A DNA stretch of 64,000 bases from the NCBI GenBank assembly GCA_965261395.1, contig OZ253462.1:5952001-6016000 (forward strand), in the 5' to 3' direction. Position 1 is the stretch's first letter. Every line of letters starts with the position of its first letter. This DNA comes from Candidatus Latescibacterota bacterium (GTDB taxonomy: Bacteria > Latescibacterota > UBA2968 > UBA8231). Below are positions 28,803-38,385 of this stretch, one piece after another. A program made the position numbers and the translations under genes. The notes under the pieces were generated by a model. That model saw only the letters and a program-made list of their open reading frames with translations, ran no database searches and had not been told where the DNA came from.

Positions 28803-30707
28803 ATGGCCGCGCTGCGCTTAGCCGCGCTCATCACCGGCATCACGGTTGCGAGCGGGTGGTTGCTCCAGCGCGTCGAATTGCTGTACAACGGCCCGCACTT
28901 GGCCGGGGCCGGGAGTGCGCCGGGGGCTCAGGTCTTTCTCGCCATACCCTTAGGGGCTTTGGCGGCCGTTACCTTAGTGCGTCGCTTGCTCGGCCCCGGG
29001 GATCGCGCGGTGCTTTACGCCGCGCTGGTAATCGGGGTGTCGGCGACCGCTTCCGGCCTGATGCACCGGTTTCTGCCGGGCTTGGTGACGGGTTTTTACG
29101 GGGGTTTTGCCCAGCCGACCGGCCCTTATTACCGCTTCCTAAAAGTTGTTCCGGACTGGCTGGTCCCGGGTGGTCCGAATGAGGCCCCGGCCATCGGGGC
29201 GTTTGAGGGTGGCGCGGCCGTGCCTTGGGGGGCGTGGCTGTGGCCGCTGGCGATGTGGACTGCGTTTTTCGGCACGTTTTTTTTGACCTGCTTCTGCTTG
29301 GTCTGGCTGCTGCGGCAACGCTGGCTGGAGACCGAGCGGTTGGGGTTCCCATTGCTGGAAGTACCCCGCGCCCTCATTGCCGGAGATCTGTTCGGACAGC
29401 GGCTGTTTTGGTGGGGTGCGTTGGTGCCGGGCGCGTTGTTGGGGATCAATGGCTTGCACCACTACGCACCGAAAGTGCCGGAGATCGTCACGGGTTTGGA
29501 TATGGCTCATTTCCTCCTCGACGATCCGTGGAAAGCCATGGCGCCCTTTGAGTCGCCGTTCTACTTCGACTTTGTCCCTTTGTTGGTGGGTGCGGCTTTT
29601 CTCGCGCCGGTGGAAGTGTCGTTCAGCACGTGGTTTTTCTATTTGCTCACCCGCGTGCAATTGCTGGTGGCCCATTTTCTCGGACGCCTCGAATATCGCG
29701 GCGACTTCATCCCCGGGCATGGGTCGCCGTGGCTAGATTGGCCGGGTCACTTTCCTTTTTTTATGACGCAGGCGCGCGGCGGCTTGTTGTTTTTGGGGCT
29801 GTTCAGCCTGTGGTCGGCGCGGCGCGCTCTGGCGGCAGCGCTTTCTTGGCGCAGCCGGGCGACGTGGGGGCTGGTGGTCGGGCTGCTGGTGCTGTGGGCG
29901 TGGACTACGGCTTTGGGGGTGCCGCCACTGATGGGTATCGCGGCGTTATTGCTGGTGTTGCTGTTGGCGTTGACGTTTGCGCGGCTGCGGATCGACGGGG
30001 GCTTGCCCATTGTGGGAATGCCGCAGATCGTGGGCTACCTGTTCTTCGTGGTCTTGGGAACCGGCACCGGGCGTTTTGACGATGCGACCTACATGGGCTT
30101 TGGCTTTTTGGCGGTGTTTGGCTTTACGATGATTGGGATCTGGCCCGCCCTGCAATTTGAGGGGCTGAAGTTGGCCGAGCTGCACGGGGTGTCGCCGCGC
30201 CGCTTGATTTGGGGGATGGCTTTGGGGTTGGGTGTTGGACTGGGGGCTGGCTATGTGTTTTCGCTGGAAACGATCTACGAGCATGGGCTGTTCGCCTTGC
30301 AGGAACAGGGCGGTGCGCGGTCTGAGGCGCGCATTGGCCGCTACTACAACTACTTGTTCAAAGACGCGGGCACGGTGGATGGGGGCACGGACTGGGTGCG
30401 CTTGGGATTTCACGCGGCCGGGGCGGGTTTTACCTATTTCTTGGCGTTGATGCGCCAGCACTTTCTCCGCTGGCCCTTACATCCGATGGGCTTTGTGTTT
30501 GGCACGGGGTTTGGCTGGCTGGTGTGGGGATCGGTGTTGTGCGGCTGGCTGTGCAAGTGGCTGGCGGTGCGCTATGGCGGTGCCCAAACCTACCGGCGGG
30601 TTATGCCGTTTTTCTTGGGGATGATTTGTGGGGAGGTCGCGATGCGGCTGTTGTGGGCTGCGGTCGCGCTGTGGCAGGGCGAAATGGGGGGAGGATACCG
30701 GCCGTGA
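28803..30707 (+). CDS. DUF6785/DUF6784-like polytopic membrane protein, paralog 3 (more divergent)
   Basis: WLETERLGFPLLEVP, RWPLHPMG, WLCKWLAVRYGG…PFFLGMICG; starts 2 nt after the upstream stop. Confidence 0.75.
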   Translation: MAALRLAALITGITVASGWLLQRVELLYNGPHLAGAGSAPGAQVFLAIPLGALAAVTLVRRLLGPGDRAVLYAALVIGVSATASGLMHRFLPGLVTGFYGGFAQPTGPYYRFLKVVPDWLVPGGPNEAPAIGAFEGGAAVPWGAWLWPLAMWTAFFGTFFLTCFCLVWLLRQRWLETERLGFPLLEVPRALIAGDLFGQRLFWWGALVPGALLGINGLHHYAPKVPEIVTGLDMAHFLLDDPWKAMAPFESPFYFDFVPLLVGAAFLAPVEVSFSTWFFYLLTRVQLLVAHFLGRLEYRGDFIPGHGSPWLDWPGHFPFFMTQARGGLLFLGLFSLWSARRALAAALSWRSRATWGLVVGLLVLWAWTTALGVPPLMGIAALLLVLLLALTFARLRIDGGLPIVGMPQIVGYLFFVVLGTGTGRFDDATYMGFGFLAVFGFTMIGIWPALQFEGLKLAELHGVSPRRLIWGMALGLGVGLGAGYVFSLETIYEHGLFALQEQGGARSEARIGRYYNYLFKDAGTVDGGTDWVRLGFHAAGAGFTYFLALMRQHFLRWPLHPMGFVFGTGFGWLVWGSVLCGWLCKWLAVRYGGAQTYRRVMPFFLGMICGEVAMRLLWAAVALWQGEMGGGYRP

Positions 30708-32671
30708 GAACCGATGAGCTGACTAGCTACCGCGACTTGATGCAGCCCCCGACGCGCTATCGCGAGGGCTTTACTGCGCGCACTGTGGCTGGGGCGTTTT
30801 TCGTCGGTTTTATCATGATGCCCGGTGCCATTTACATGGGCCTGATTGCCGGTGCATCGTTCGGCGCGGCCGCCGAGTGGGTGACCATCATCCTGTTTTC
30901 CGAGCTGGCGCGGCGTTCCTTTTCTTCGCTGACGCGCCAGGAGATTTACCTGATCTACTACATTGCCGGCGGTTTGGCTGGCGTCATCGGCGGCACCATG
31001 CTGGCCGGCGGGCCGTTTGGGCAACTAGTGTGGAACCAGTACCTGGCGCAGTCGCAGGCCGCGGCTGGTTTTGGCATTGCCGAGCACATCCCGGAATGGG
31101 TCGTGCCGCCGGTCGGTTCAGACGCGCTAGCCGGGCGCAGCTTTTTGCATCGGGCGTGGATTCCGCCGGTGATCGTGCTGGTCGCCTCGCAGGTTTTGTC
31201 GCGGGTCGAGTGGTTCACGCTCGGCTACATCCTCTTTCGGGTCACGTCCGATGTGGAGCGCTTGCCCTTCCCGTTGGCACCGGTCGCTGCGCAGGGGGCA
31301 ACGGCCCTTGCCGAGGGCGACGAAGGGCGCGATAGCTGGCGCTGGCGGGTTTTCTCGGTGGGCATGGGGATTGGTTTGCTGTTCGGCGCGGTGTACGTGG
31401 GCTTGCCCGCGCTGACCGGGTTGATCGCCAGCGATCCCATCGTCCTGCTGCCCATCCCCTGGATCGACCTGACGAGGACTACGCAGGACATTTTGCCGGC
31501 CGCGCCCTTGGGCATTGGCACGGACTTGGGCTTGGTGCTGTTGGGGATGGTGCTGCCGTTTTGGATCGTCGTTGGCACGTTTGCCGCGGCCATGGTCCAC
31601 GCCTTGGGCAGCCCGATTCTCTATCACGCTGGAGTGCTGACGCACTGGCGGCCGGGTATGGACGCGATTCTGACGAATTTCGCCAACGACATCGACGTGT
31701 GGATGAGCGTGTACATTGGCGCGGGGGCAGCCGTGGGCGCGATTGGCTTGGTACAGGCCGTGCTGTCGGTGCGGGCCGCGCGCCGTCAGGGTGGGCACCG
31801 CCCGTTGCAAGATAAGCCTGCTGGGCGGGGCGATTTTCCGTTGTGGATAGCGATTGTCGGATATGCGCTATCGACGCTGGCCATGATCTGGCTCTGCGTG
31901 CTGCTCTTAGACGACGAGTTCCCGCTGATCTTTTTGCTGCTCTTTGGCTTCGTGCTGACGCCGGTGATTTCGTACGTCAATGCGCGCATGGCCGGGTTGA
32001 CGGGTCAGTTGGTCAGCTTCCCGCTGCTGCGCGAAGGCGCTTTTATCTTGAGCGGCTACAAAGGCATCGATATATGGTTCGCGCCCATTCCATACGCCGA
32101 CCACGGCCGGCGCGCCCAGCTCTTCCGCGAAGTGGAGCTGACCGGGACGCGCTTCTCGTCGATTATCAAGGCCGAGCTGTTGCTGCTACCGCTGAGCTTG
32201 GTTTGCGGCTTTGTGTTTTGGTCGCTGGTCTGGCAGATGGAGCCCATTCCCTCGCCGACCTTCCAATACGCGCAGACGTATTGGCACCTCATCGCGCTGC
32301 GCCAGTGCTTGTGGTACTCGGCGACTTTGGGCGGAGAGACGCTTTTTGACCAGGCGATTAAGGGCTGGTGGATTTTGGGGAGTTTTGTGCTGGCCGGGGG
32401 GACGTTTGGGGTTATGTCGTGGTTGGGCTTGCCGATTTCGCTGGTGTACGGGTTTGTGCGCGGCCTTGGGGGCCTGCCGCATTTGCTGATCCCGGAGATG
32501 GCCGGTGCCCTGCTGGCTCGCTATTGGCTGGAGCCGCGCTTTGGGGAGCGGCAATGGCGGCAATACGCGCCGGTGTTGTTGGCTGGATACGCCTGCGGCA
32601 TGGGTCTGGTGGGCATGTCGGCGGTGGCCATTGCCTTAATATCCAAGTCAGTGACTCAATTGCACTATTGA
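30704..32671 (+). CDS. OPT-like putative peptide transporter
   Basis: GTGA overlap with the upstream stop; AAEWVTIILFSELARR, TSDVERLPFPLAPVAAQGA, YKGIDIWFAP. Confidence 0.7.
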   Translation: MRTDELTSYRDLMQPPTRYREGFTARTVAGAFFVGFIMMPGAIYMGLIAGASFGAAAEWVTIILFSELARRSFSSLTRQEIYLIYYIAGGLAGVIGGTMLAGGPFGQLVWNQYLAQSQAAAGFGIAEHIPEWVVPPVGSDALAGRSFLHRAWIPPVIVLVASQVLSRVEWFTLGYILFRVTSDVERLPFPLAPVAAQGATALAEGDEGRDSWRWRVFSVGMGIGLLFGAVYVGLPALTGLIASDPIVLLPIPWIDLTRTTQDILPAAPLGIGTDLGLVLLGMVLPFWIVVGTFAAAMVHALGSPILYHAGVLTHWRPGMDAILTNFANDIDVWMSVYIGAGAAVGAIGLVQAVLSVRAARRQGGHRPLQDKPAGRGDFPLWIAIVGYALSTLAMIWLCVLLLDDEFPLIFLLLFGFVLTPVISYVNARMAGLTGQLVSFPLLREGAFILSGYKGIDIWFAPIPYADHGRRAQLFREVELTGTRFSSIIKAELLLLPLSLVCGFVFWSLVWQMEPIPSPTFQYAQTYWHLIALRQCLWYSATLGGETLFDQAIKGWWILGSFVLAGGTFGVMSWLGLPISLVYGFVRGLGGLPHLLIPEMAGALLARYWLEPRFGERQWRQYAPVLLAGYACGMGLVGMSAVAIALISKSVTQLHY

Positions 32672-32677
32672 GGTCCG

Positions 32678-33661
32678 TCAGTTGCGCAGGGCTTGGCGGA
32701 GGCCGAAGACGCGTTTGACCCAGCGGCTCTTGTAGCCTACAACCGCGTAGTACGGCACTAAATCGCAGCCAAAGCCGCGCTTGAAAAAGGCGATGCTCGG
32801 TATATTGGCGCCGACGAAGTCAAAGCAGTTGTGAGCGACCGTGTCCCAGTACTGCCAATACAACAGCGAGATTGCGCCCGTGTGGTTGTACGCGGGGTCG
32901 GCTCCTGCGGCCCAGGCATAGGTGGTGTCGAAACCCTCGACAAAGGCGACGACCGCGGCCGGCCCGTCCGGGGAGGCGATTGCGTACGCCTGGGCCAGAC
33001 CAGCCCCCAAGGCCGCGGCGACAAAGCGCTCGGCTGTGGCCGCGGCGACCGGGGGGCCGCCGGCTTGGTTGGCGTAGATGGCCTCGTACTGCTGCCGAAA
33101 GAGCACGACATCGCTGGTGGGCCGCAGTTGATAGCCAAGTTTTTCGGCCTTGCGAATGGCGGTGCGCGTGCGGCGCTCGGTCCGTTCCCACAGGGCGTTG
33201 CTATCGCCGAGAGGTAGCCGATAGGTATAGCGCAGGTGCGCGTCCCAGCCCTGCCAAGTGAAGGGACGCACGTCGGCGATGGCCGGTGCGTGGGTTAGGA
33301 AGACGCGGTCGTAGTGCTTGGCGAGATGGTCCATCAGGTGCGCGCAAGCGCGGTGTTGGGCTGCTTCACCTTTGGCTGGTCCTTTGCCGGGGACCGGGGC
33401 GAGAAGCAGGCCGGTATAGGGCGTCAACTCGGGAGTTTCGAGTCGGTAGAGGCCCATGCGCCGACGGGCTAGGCCGCTGATGCCAGCGACGAGGTGGTCA
33501 TTGCGATAGCAGCCGAGGCGGTGGATCTGGTCGCCGCTGGCCGCTGCCGCACAGCGGAGCCACGCGCTAGTGGAAAATACAGTGCCGCCGACGGCTTGGC
33601 GGACGAAGGTATCCCAAGCGGTGTCGTCGGCGACGAGGCGGATTTCAAAGGTGTCGGCCAC
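32678..33661 (-). CDS. GNAT family (FemAB/Acetyltransf_6-like) N-acyltransferase
   Basis: WDTFV…GTVFST…W, RTAIRKAEK, FDFVGANIPSIAFFKRGFG. Confidence 0.8.
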   Translation of the reverse strand: MADTFEIRLVADDTAWDTFVRQAVGGTVFSTSAWLRCAAAASGDQIHRLGCYRNDHLVAGISGLARRRMGLYRLETPELTPYTGLLLAPVPGKGPAKGEAAQHRACAHLMDHLAKHYDRVFLTHAPAIADVRPFTWQGWDAHLRYTYRLPLGDSNALWERTERRTRTAIRKAEKLGYQLRPTSDVVLFRQQYEAIYANQAGGPPVAAATAERFVAAALGAGLAQAYAIASPDGPAAVVAFVEGFDTTYAWAAGADPAYNHTGAISLLYWQYWDTVAHNCFDFVGANIPSIAFFKRGFGCDLVPYYAVVGYKSRWVKRVFGLRQALRN

Positions 33662-33731
33662 AGGATATTTCGCGGTTGGTGTCCAATGCGAGAGGTAAAT
33701 TGGGGCAGGATGGGCGATTGCGCCATACAGC

Positions 33732-33760
33732 TTGACATTCCCCTTGGTGCGCCATATATT
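33732..33760 (+). promoter_or_regulatory. sigma70 promoter of the ilvC-leu operon leader
   Basis: TTGACA (33732-33737), 17-nt spacer, TATATT (33755-33760). Confidence 0.85.
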
Positions 33761-33808
33761 GAAATTTTTATCGTATTAAAAGCTAACTGCTTGGATTACT
33801 TAGGTTTA

Positions 33809-33925
33809 ATGACAATGAGCGCGCCGTTCCAGTTCCCGCGTATTTTCCGCCCGACGCCAGTGTGGGCGCGCCTCCGACTTCTCCTCCTCGACCTACTGCT
33901 TATTATTGACCGACCGGTCAAGTAG
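33809..33925 (+). CDS. Leu/Ile-rich leader (attenuator) peptide MTMSAPFQFPRIFRPTPVWARLRLLLLDLLLIIDRPVK; alternative start 33815
   Basis: Lies between the promoter and ilvC; LRLLLLDLLLII cluster; followed by hairpins. Confidence 0.75.
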   Translation: MTMSAPFQFPRIFRPTPVWARLRLLLLDLLLIIDRPVK

Positions 33926-34045
33926 GCTTCGCCCCTCGTTCCACTTTAACAGCCCAATTAACGGACGAAGCCGCTGCACAGCATAGGCTGTCAGCTAACT
34001 ATGTCTATAAAACAATCTCAACGCCCTCAGTGAAGGAGAATTTTC

Positions 34046-35038
34046 ATGCAGATGTACTACGACAACGACGCCAATCTCGATCTGCTCTCGGACAAGACCG
34101 TGACCGTCATCGGCTATGGCAGCCAGGGCCACGCGCATTCGCTCAACCTTGCCGAGAGCGGCGTCAAGGTGGTGGTGGGCCTGCGCGCAGGCAGCCAGCG
34201 GCGCGCTGAAGCCGAGGCCGCCGGGCTGGAGGTGGCCGATGTGGCCGAGGCCAGCAAGCGGGGCGATATCGTGGTGATCCTGATCAACGATGAAGTCCAG
34301 AAGGCCGTGTACGAAGCCGATATCCGCCCCAATCTCGCAGCGGGCAATGCCCTCGCCTTTGCCCACGGGTTTAACATCCACTTTGGGCAGGTGGTACCGC
34401 CGGCCGATGTCGATGTGTTCATGGTCGCGCCCAAAGGGCCAGGGCACTTGGTGCGCCGCGTGTACCAGCAGGGAGGTGGCGTGCCGGGCCTGTTGGCCGT
34501 GTACCAAGACGCCACCGGCCGAGCGCACGAGGTTGGCTTGGCCTATGCCAAGGGGATTGGCTGCGGCCGGGCCGGAGTTATTGAGACGACCTTCCGCGAG
34601 GAGACGGAGACCGATTTGTTCGGCGAGCAGGTGGTGCTATGCGGCGGTTTGACCGAGCTGATCCGCGCTGGGTTCGACACGCTCGTCGAGGCCGGCTACC
34701 AGCCCGAGGTCGCTTATTTCGAGTGCCTGCACGAGGTCAAGCTGATCGTCGATCTGATCTACGAGGGCGGAATCGCCAACATGCGCTCGTCGATTTCGGA
34801 TACCGCGGAGTTTGGCGACTTGACGCGCGGGCGGCGGGTGATAACCGACCAGACGCGGGCGGAAATGAAGCAGATTCTCGCCGATGTGCAGAACGGCCAC
34901 TTTGCGCGGGAATGGCTGGCCGAAAACCAAGTGGGCCGCCCGGTGTACAATGCGGTCAAGCGCCGCGATTCCGAGCACCTGATCGAGACCGTCGGCACCC
35001 GGCTGCGCGCGATGATGAGCTGGCTGGACGACAAATAG
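34046..35038 (+). CDS. ilvC: Ketol-acid reductoisomerase
   Basis: [39 protein letters not shown]. Confidence 0.98.
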   Translation: MQMYYDNDANLDLLSDKTVTVIGYGSQGHAHSLNLAESGVKVVVGLRAGSQRRAEAEAAGLEVADVAEASKRGDIVVILINDEVQKAVYEADIRPNLAAGNALAFAHGFNIHFGQVVPPADVDVFMVAPKGPGHLVRRVYQQGGGVPGLLAVYQDATGRAHEVGLAYAKGIGCGRAGVIETTFREETETDLFGEQVVLCGGLTELIRAGFDTLVEAGYQPEVAYFECLHEVKLIVDLIYEGGIANMRSSISDTAEFGDLTRGRRVITDQTRAEMKQILADVQNGHFAREWLAENQVGRPVYNAVKRRDSEHLIETVGTRLRAMMSWLDDK

Positions 35039-35064
35039 GAAAACCTTGAGAGGAGGTGAGCGCG

Positions 35065-35199
35065 ATGGAACCCCTACTTAGCGAGTTGAGTTCCGACCCC
35101 GACCTTAGATCGGTAGGCGGTCTCTGCACGGCTGGAAGGGACCATCTGCCGCTTGTATTACCTCATCCGTCCAGCCTAGGAAAGAAACATCATGGCTGA
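35065..35199 (+). CDS. Putative 44-aa Leu-rich uORF overlapping the leuA start
   Basis: SD AGGAGGTG 6 nt before ATG; 9 Leu codons, mostly CTA/CTT/TTA/TTG; stop inside ATGGCTGA of leuA. Confidence 0.45.
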   Translation: MEPLLSELSSDPDLRSVGGLCTAGRDHLPLVLPHPSSLGKKHHG

Positions 35200-36757
35200 T
35201 ACAAATCGCGTATTTATTTTCGACACCACGCTGCGGGACGCTGAGCAGACGCCCGGTGCTTCGCTGACGGTGCGGGAAAAGCTGGAAGTCGCCCACCAGT
35301 TGGCGCGGCTGCAAGTCGATATTATTGAGGCCGGCTTCCCGGTGTCCTCCAACGAGGACTTTGAGGCCGTGCGCCGCATTGGGCAGGAGATCGAAGGGCC
35401 GGTAATCTGCGGACTGTCCCGCGCCATGCCCAAGGACATTGAGCGGGCCGGCGAGGCACTCCGAGACGCGCCCCGGCCGCGGATCCACACCTTTATCGGC
35501 ACGTCGGATATTCATCTCGCGGGCCAGTTGCGCAAGGGCCGGGAAGAGGTGCTGAAAATGGCAGTGACGGCGGTGGAGCAGGCCAAGTCGTACTGCGACG
35601 ATGTCGAGTTTTCGCCGATGGACGCCGCCCGCACCGAGCCTAACTACCTCAACGAGGTCGTCGCGGCGACGATTGCGGCCGGAGCGACGACGATCAACAT
35701 CCCCGACACGGTCGGTTACTCCGTGCCCGCAGAGTTTGGGGCGCTGATCGCGCAGATCATCGCTCAAGTGCCTAATAGCGACGATGCCATCATCAGCGTC
35801 CACTGCCACGACGATCTGGGCATGGCGGTAATCAATACCCTCTCCGCGATCAAAAACGGCGCACGCCAAGCCGAATGCACGATCAACGGTTTGGGCGAGC
35901 GGGCCGGCAATGCCTCGCTGGAGGAGATCGTCATGGCGCTGAAGACGCGCCAGGACTACTTCGGCTTTGATACTGAAGTAGTCTCCGAGGAAATCATCCC
36001 CACCAGCCGGCTGGTCAGTCGCTTGATGGGCATCGCAGTCCAGCCCAACAAGGCGATCGTCGGTGCCAATGCCTTTGCCCACAGCTCGGGCATCCACCAG
36101 GATGGGGTGCTCAAGCAGCGCGACACCTTTGAGATCATGGATCCGAAAGATGTGGGGCTGGAGGCTACCGAGATCGTGCTGACGGCGCGCTCGGGACGCG
36201 CTGCGCTGCGCCATCGGTTGGAGGTTTTGGGCTATGAGCTGGATCAGGCGAAGCTGGATAAGGTCTATGAGAAGTTCTTGGAACTGGCCGACAAGAAGAA
36301 GGAGATCTTCGACGAGGATCTGATCGAGATCTTCCACGACGACCCCGGCGAGGGGATAGCCTATTACGAGTTGAAGCATCTGCACGCGGTTAGCTGCACC
36401 GGAACCGTGCCCGCGGCGACGGTGCGTTTGGTCATCGCCGGTGGCGAGCCTATGGAGGGATCGGCTGAGGGCGACGGGCCGGTGGACGCTACTTATGAGG
36501 CTATTAACCGAGCTCTCGCTAGCCATCCACTAGAAGATAACGATATCCAACTAGACTACTATGCCATTCGTGCCATCACCTCCGGCAGCCAAGCACTGGG
36601 CGAGGTGACGGTCCATCTGTCGAGAAATGGAGAAAAGGCGCGGGGCCGGGGCGTTTCGACCGACGTTATCGAGGCCAGCGCCAAGGCCTATATCGACGCG
36701 TTGAACCGCTTGGCACAGAAGACGCTTGTGAATGAGGGCAGTTATCGCCCGAATTGA
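35192..36757 (+). CDS. leuA: 2-isopropylmalate synthase
   Basis: FDTTLRDAEQTPG, HCHDDLG, GERAGNA, AHSSGIHQDG; C-terminal regulatory domain. Confidence 0.97.
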   Translation: MADTNRVFIFDTTLRDAEQTPGASLTVREKLEVAHQLARLQVDIIEAGFPVSSNEDFEAVRRIGQEIEGPVICGLSRAMPKDIERAGEALRDAPRPRIHTFIGTSDIHLAGQLRKGREEVLKMAVTAVEQAKSYCDDVEFSPMDAARTEPNYLNEVVAATIAAGATTINIPDTVGYSVPAEFGALIAQIIAQVPNSDDAIISVHCHDDLGMAVINTLSAIKNGARQAECTINGLGERAGNASLEEIVMALKTRQDYFGFDTEVVSEEIIPTSRLVSRLMGIAVQPNKAIVGANAFAHSSGIHQDGVLKQRDTFEIMDPKDVGLEATEIVLTARSGRAALRHRLEVLGYELDQAKLDKVYEKFLELADKKKEIFDEDLIEIFHDDPGEGIAYYELKHLHAVSCTGTVPAATVRLVIAGGEPMEGSAEGDGPVDATYEAINRALASHPLEDNDIQLDYYAIRAITSGSQALGEVTVHLSRNGEKARGRGVSTDVIEASAKAYIDALNRLAQKTLVNEGSYRPN

Positions 36758-36824
36758 TCAATGTCGACGATTTGAACCGTCAGGCCGAAAAGAAAACGGA
36801 AGAATAGTGTAGAGGAGATTGGAG

Positions 36825-38222
36825 ATGGGTAAGACCCTGTTGCACAAGGTTTGGGACGCGCATACCGTGCGCGAGCTGCCTTCTGGGCAGACGCAGTTGT
36901 TCGTTGGCCTGCATCTGGTCCACGAGGTGACCAGCCCCCAGGCCTTTCAGATGCTGCGGGAGCGCGGCCTTACCGTCCGCTTCCCGCAGCGCACCTTTGC
37001 CACCGTCGATCACATCGTGCCCACGGATTTGGTGCAGCGGCCTTTTATCGACGACTTGGCCGAGGAGATGATAGACGCGATCGAGCAGAATACCGCCGAG
37101 TTCGAGATCCCGCTGTTCAACATTGACGACCAGCGTCAGGGGGTGGTGCATGTCATCGGCCCAGAGCTAGGGCTGACCCAGCCGGGCATGACCATTGCCT
37201 GCGGCGACAGCCACACTTCGACGCACGGAGCCTTTGGCGCGGTGGCCTTTGGCATTGGCACTAGCCAAGTCCGCGACGTGCTGGCCACCCAGTGCTTGGC
37301 CATGGACCCGCTCAAGGTGCGGCGGATCGAGATCAGCGGCGCGCTGAGCGAGGGGGTGTTCGCCAAGGACGTCATCTTGCACATCATCGGCCAACTCGGA
37401 GTCAAGGGCGGCGTTGGCTACGGCTATGAGTACGGCGGCTCAGTCATTGAGGCCATGTCCATCGAAGAGCGGATGACGGTGTGCAACATGTCGATTGAGG
37501 GCGGTGCCCGGGTCGGCTACGTCAATCCCGACCAGACGACGTACGACTATCTCAACGGGCGGCTCCATGCGCCGCGCAACTTTGATCCCGCGGTCGAGTG
37601 GTGGGAGTCCATGGCCTCGGACGCCAACGCCGAATACGACGACCTAGTGCAAATCGACGGCCGCGAGATCGGCCCGACTGTGACGTGGGGCATTACTCCG
37701 GGCCAATCGGTCGGCATCGGTCAGGCCCTGCCCGAGCTGGACGCTTTTGCCGACGCCGACCGCTCCACCGTCCAGGAGGCCTTCGCGTACATGGACTTTG
37801 AGCCGGGGCAGAAGATCGCCGGCACCAAGGTAGATGTGGCGTTTATCGGCTCCTGCACCAACGGCCGGCTTTCGGATCTGCGCGAGGCAGCTCGGGTCGC
37901 TCGCGGGCGCAAGGTGGCCCCCGGCGTCCGCGCCCTTGTGGTGCCTGGGTCGCAGCAGGTGCGGGCCGCAGCCGAGGCCGAGGGTCTGCACGAGATCTTT
38001 GCGGAGGCGGGGTTCCAGTGGCGGGGAGCAGGCTGCTCTATGTGTTTGGCGATGAACCCCGACAAACTCCAGGGGCGCGAGCTGTGTGCTTCGTCGTCCA
38101 ACCGCAATTTCAAGGGCCGGCAGGGCAGTCCCACCGGCCGCACCCTGCTGATGAGTCCGGCGATGGTCGCCGCGGCGGCGGTGGCTGGCGAGGTGGCGGA
38201 TGTGCGGGAATTGGTGGGGTAG
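36825..38222 (+). CDS. leuC: 3-isopropylmalate dehydratase large subunit
   Basis: [42 protein letters not shown]. Confidence 0.97.
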   Translation: MGKTLLHKVWDAHTVRELPSGQTQLFVGLHLVHEVTSPQAFQMLRERGLTVRFPQRTFATVDHIVPTDLVQRPFIDDLAEEMIDAIEQNTAEFEIPLFNIDDQRQGVVHVIGPELGLTQPGMTIACGDSHTSTHGAFGAVAFGIGTSQVRDVLATQCLAMDPLKVRRIEISGALSEGVFAKDVILHIIGQLGVKGGVGYGYEYGGSVIEAMSIEERMTVCNMSIEGGARVGYVNPDQTTYDYLNGRLHAPRNFDPAVEWWESMASDANAEYDDLVQIDGREIGPTVTWGITPGQSVGIGQALPELDAFADADRSTVQEAFAYMDFEPGQKIAGTKVDVAFIGSCTNGRLSDLREAARVARGRKVAPGVRALVVPGSQQVRAAAEAEGLHEIFAEAGFQWRGAGCSMCLAMNPDKLQGRELCASSSNRNFKGRQGSPTGRTLLMSPAMVAAAAVAGEVADVRELVG

Positions 38223-38225
38223 GGG
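38146..38225 (+). repeat. leuC 3' end, duplicated at 41210-41271
   Basis: 38176-38225 is identical to 41222-41271 over 50 nt. Confidence 0.9.
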
Positions 38226-38385
38226 CTATAGTTACTGGTGCGTTTTACAAGACATGTGAATACTCAGACGACTTTGCAGGAACGCTAACTCTCTCTCGGC
38301 TCCAAGCCTCTGGTCTGGGATCGAGGGCGTCTTGCCCTCGAAACACGCTGGACGCCAAAGCCACTCTTCTAAAGAGGTTTCGCAA

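Noticed and set aside
33494-33925. 143-aa ORF upstream of ilvC
   Set aside because: Spans the promoter and overlaps the GNAT gene; only the last 36-38 codons (leader peptide) are credible
35105-36526. 473-aa minus-strand ORF
   Set aside because: Antisense shadow of leuA; expected in GC-rich coding DNA; no recognisable motifs
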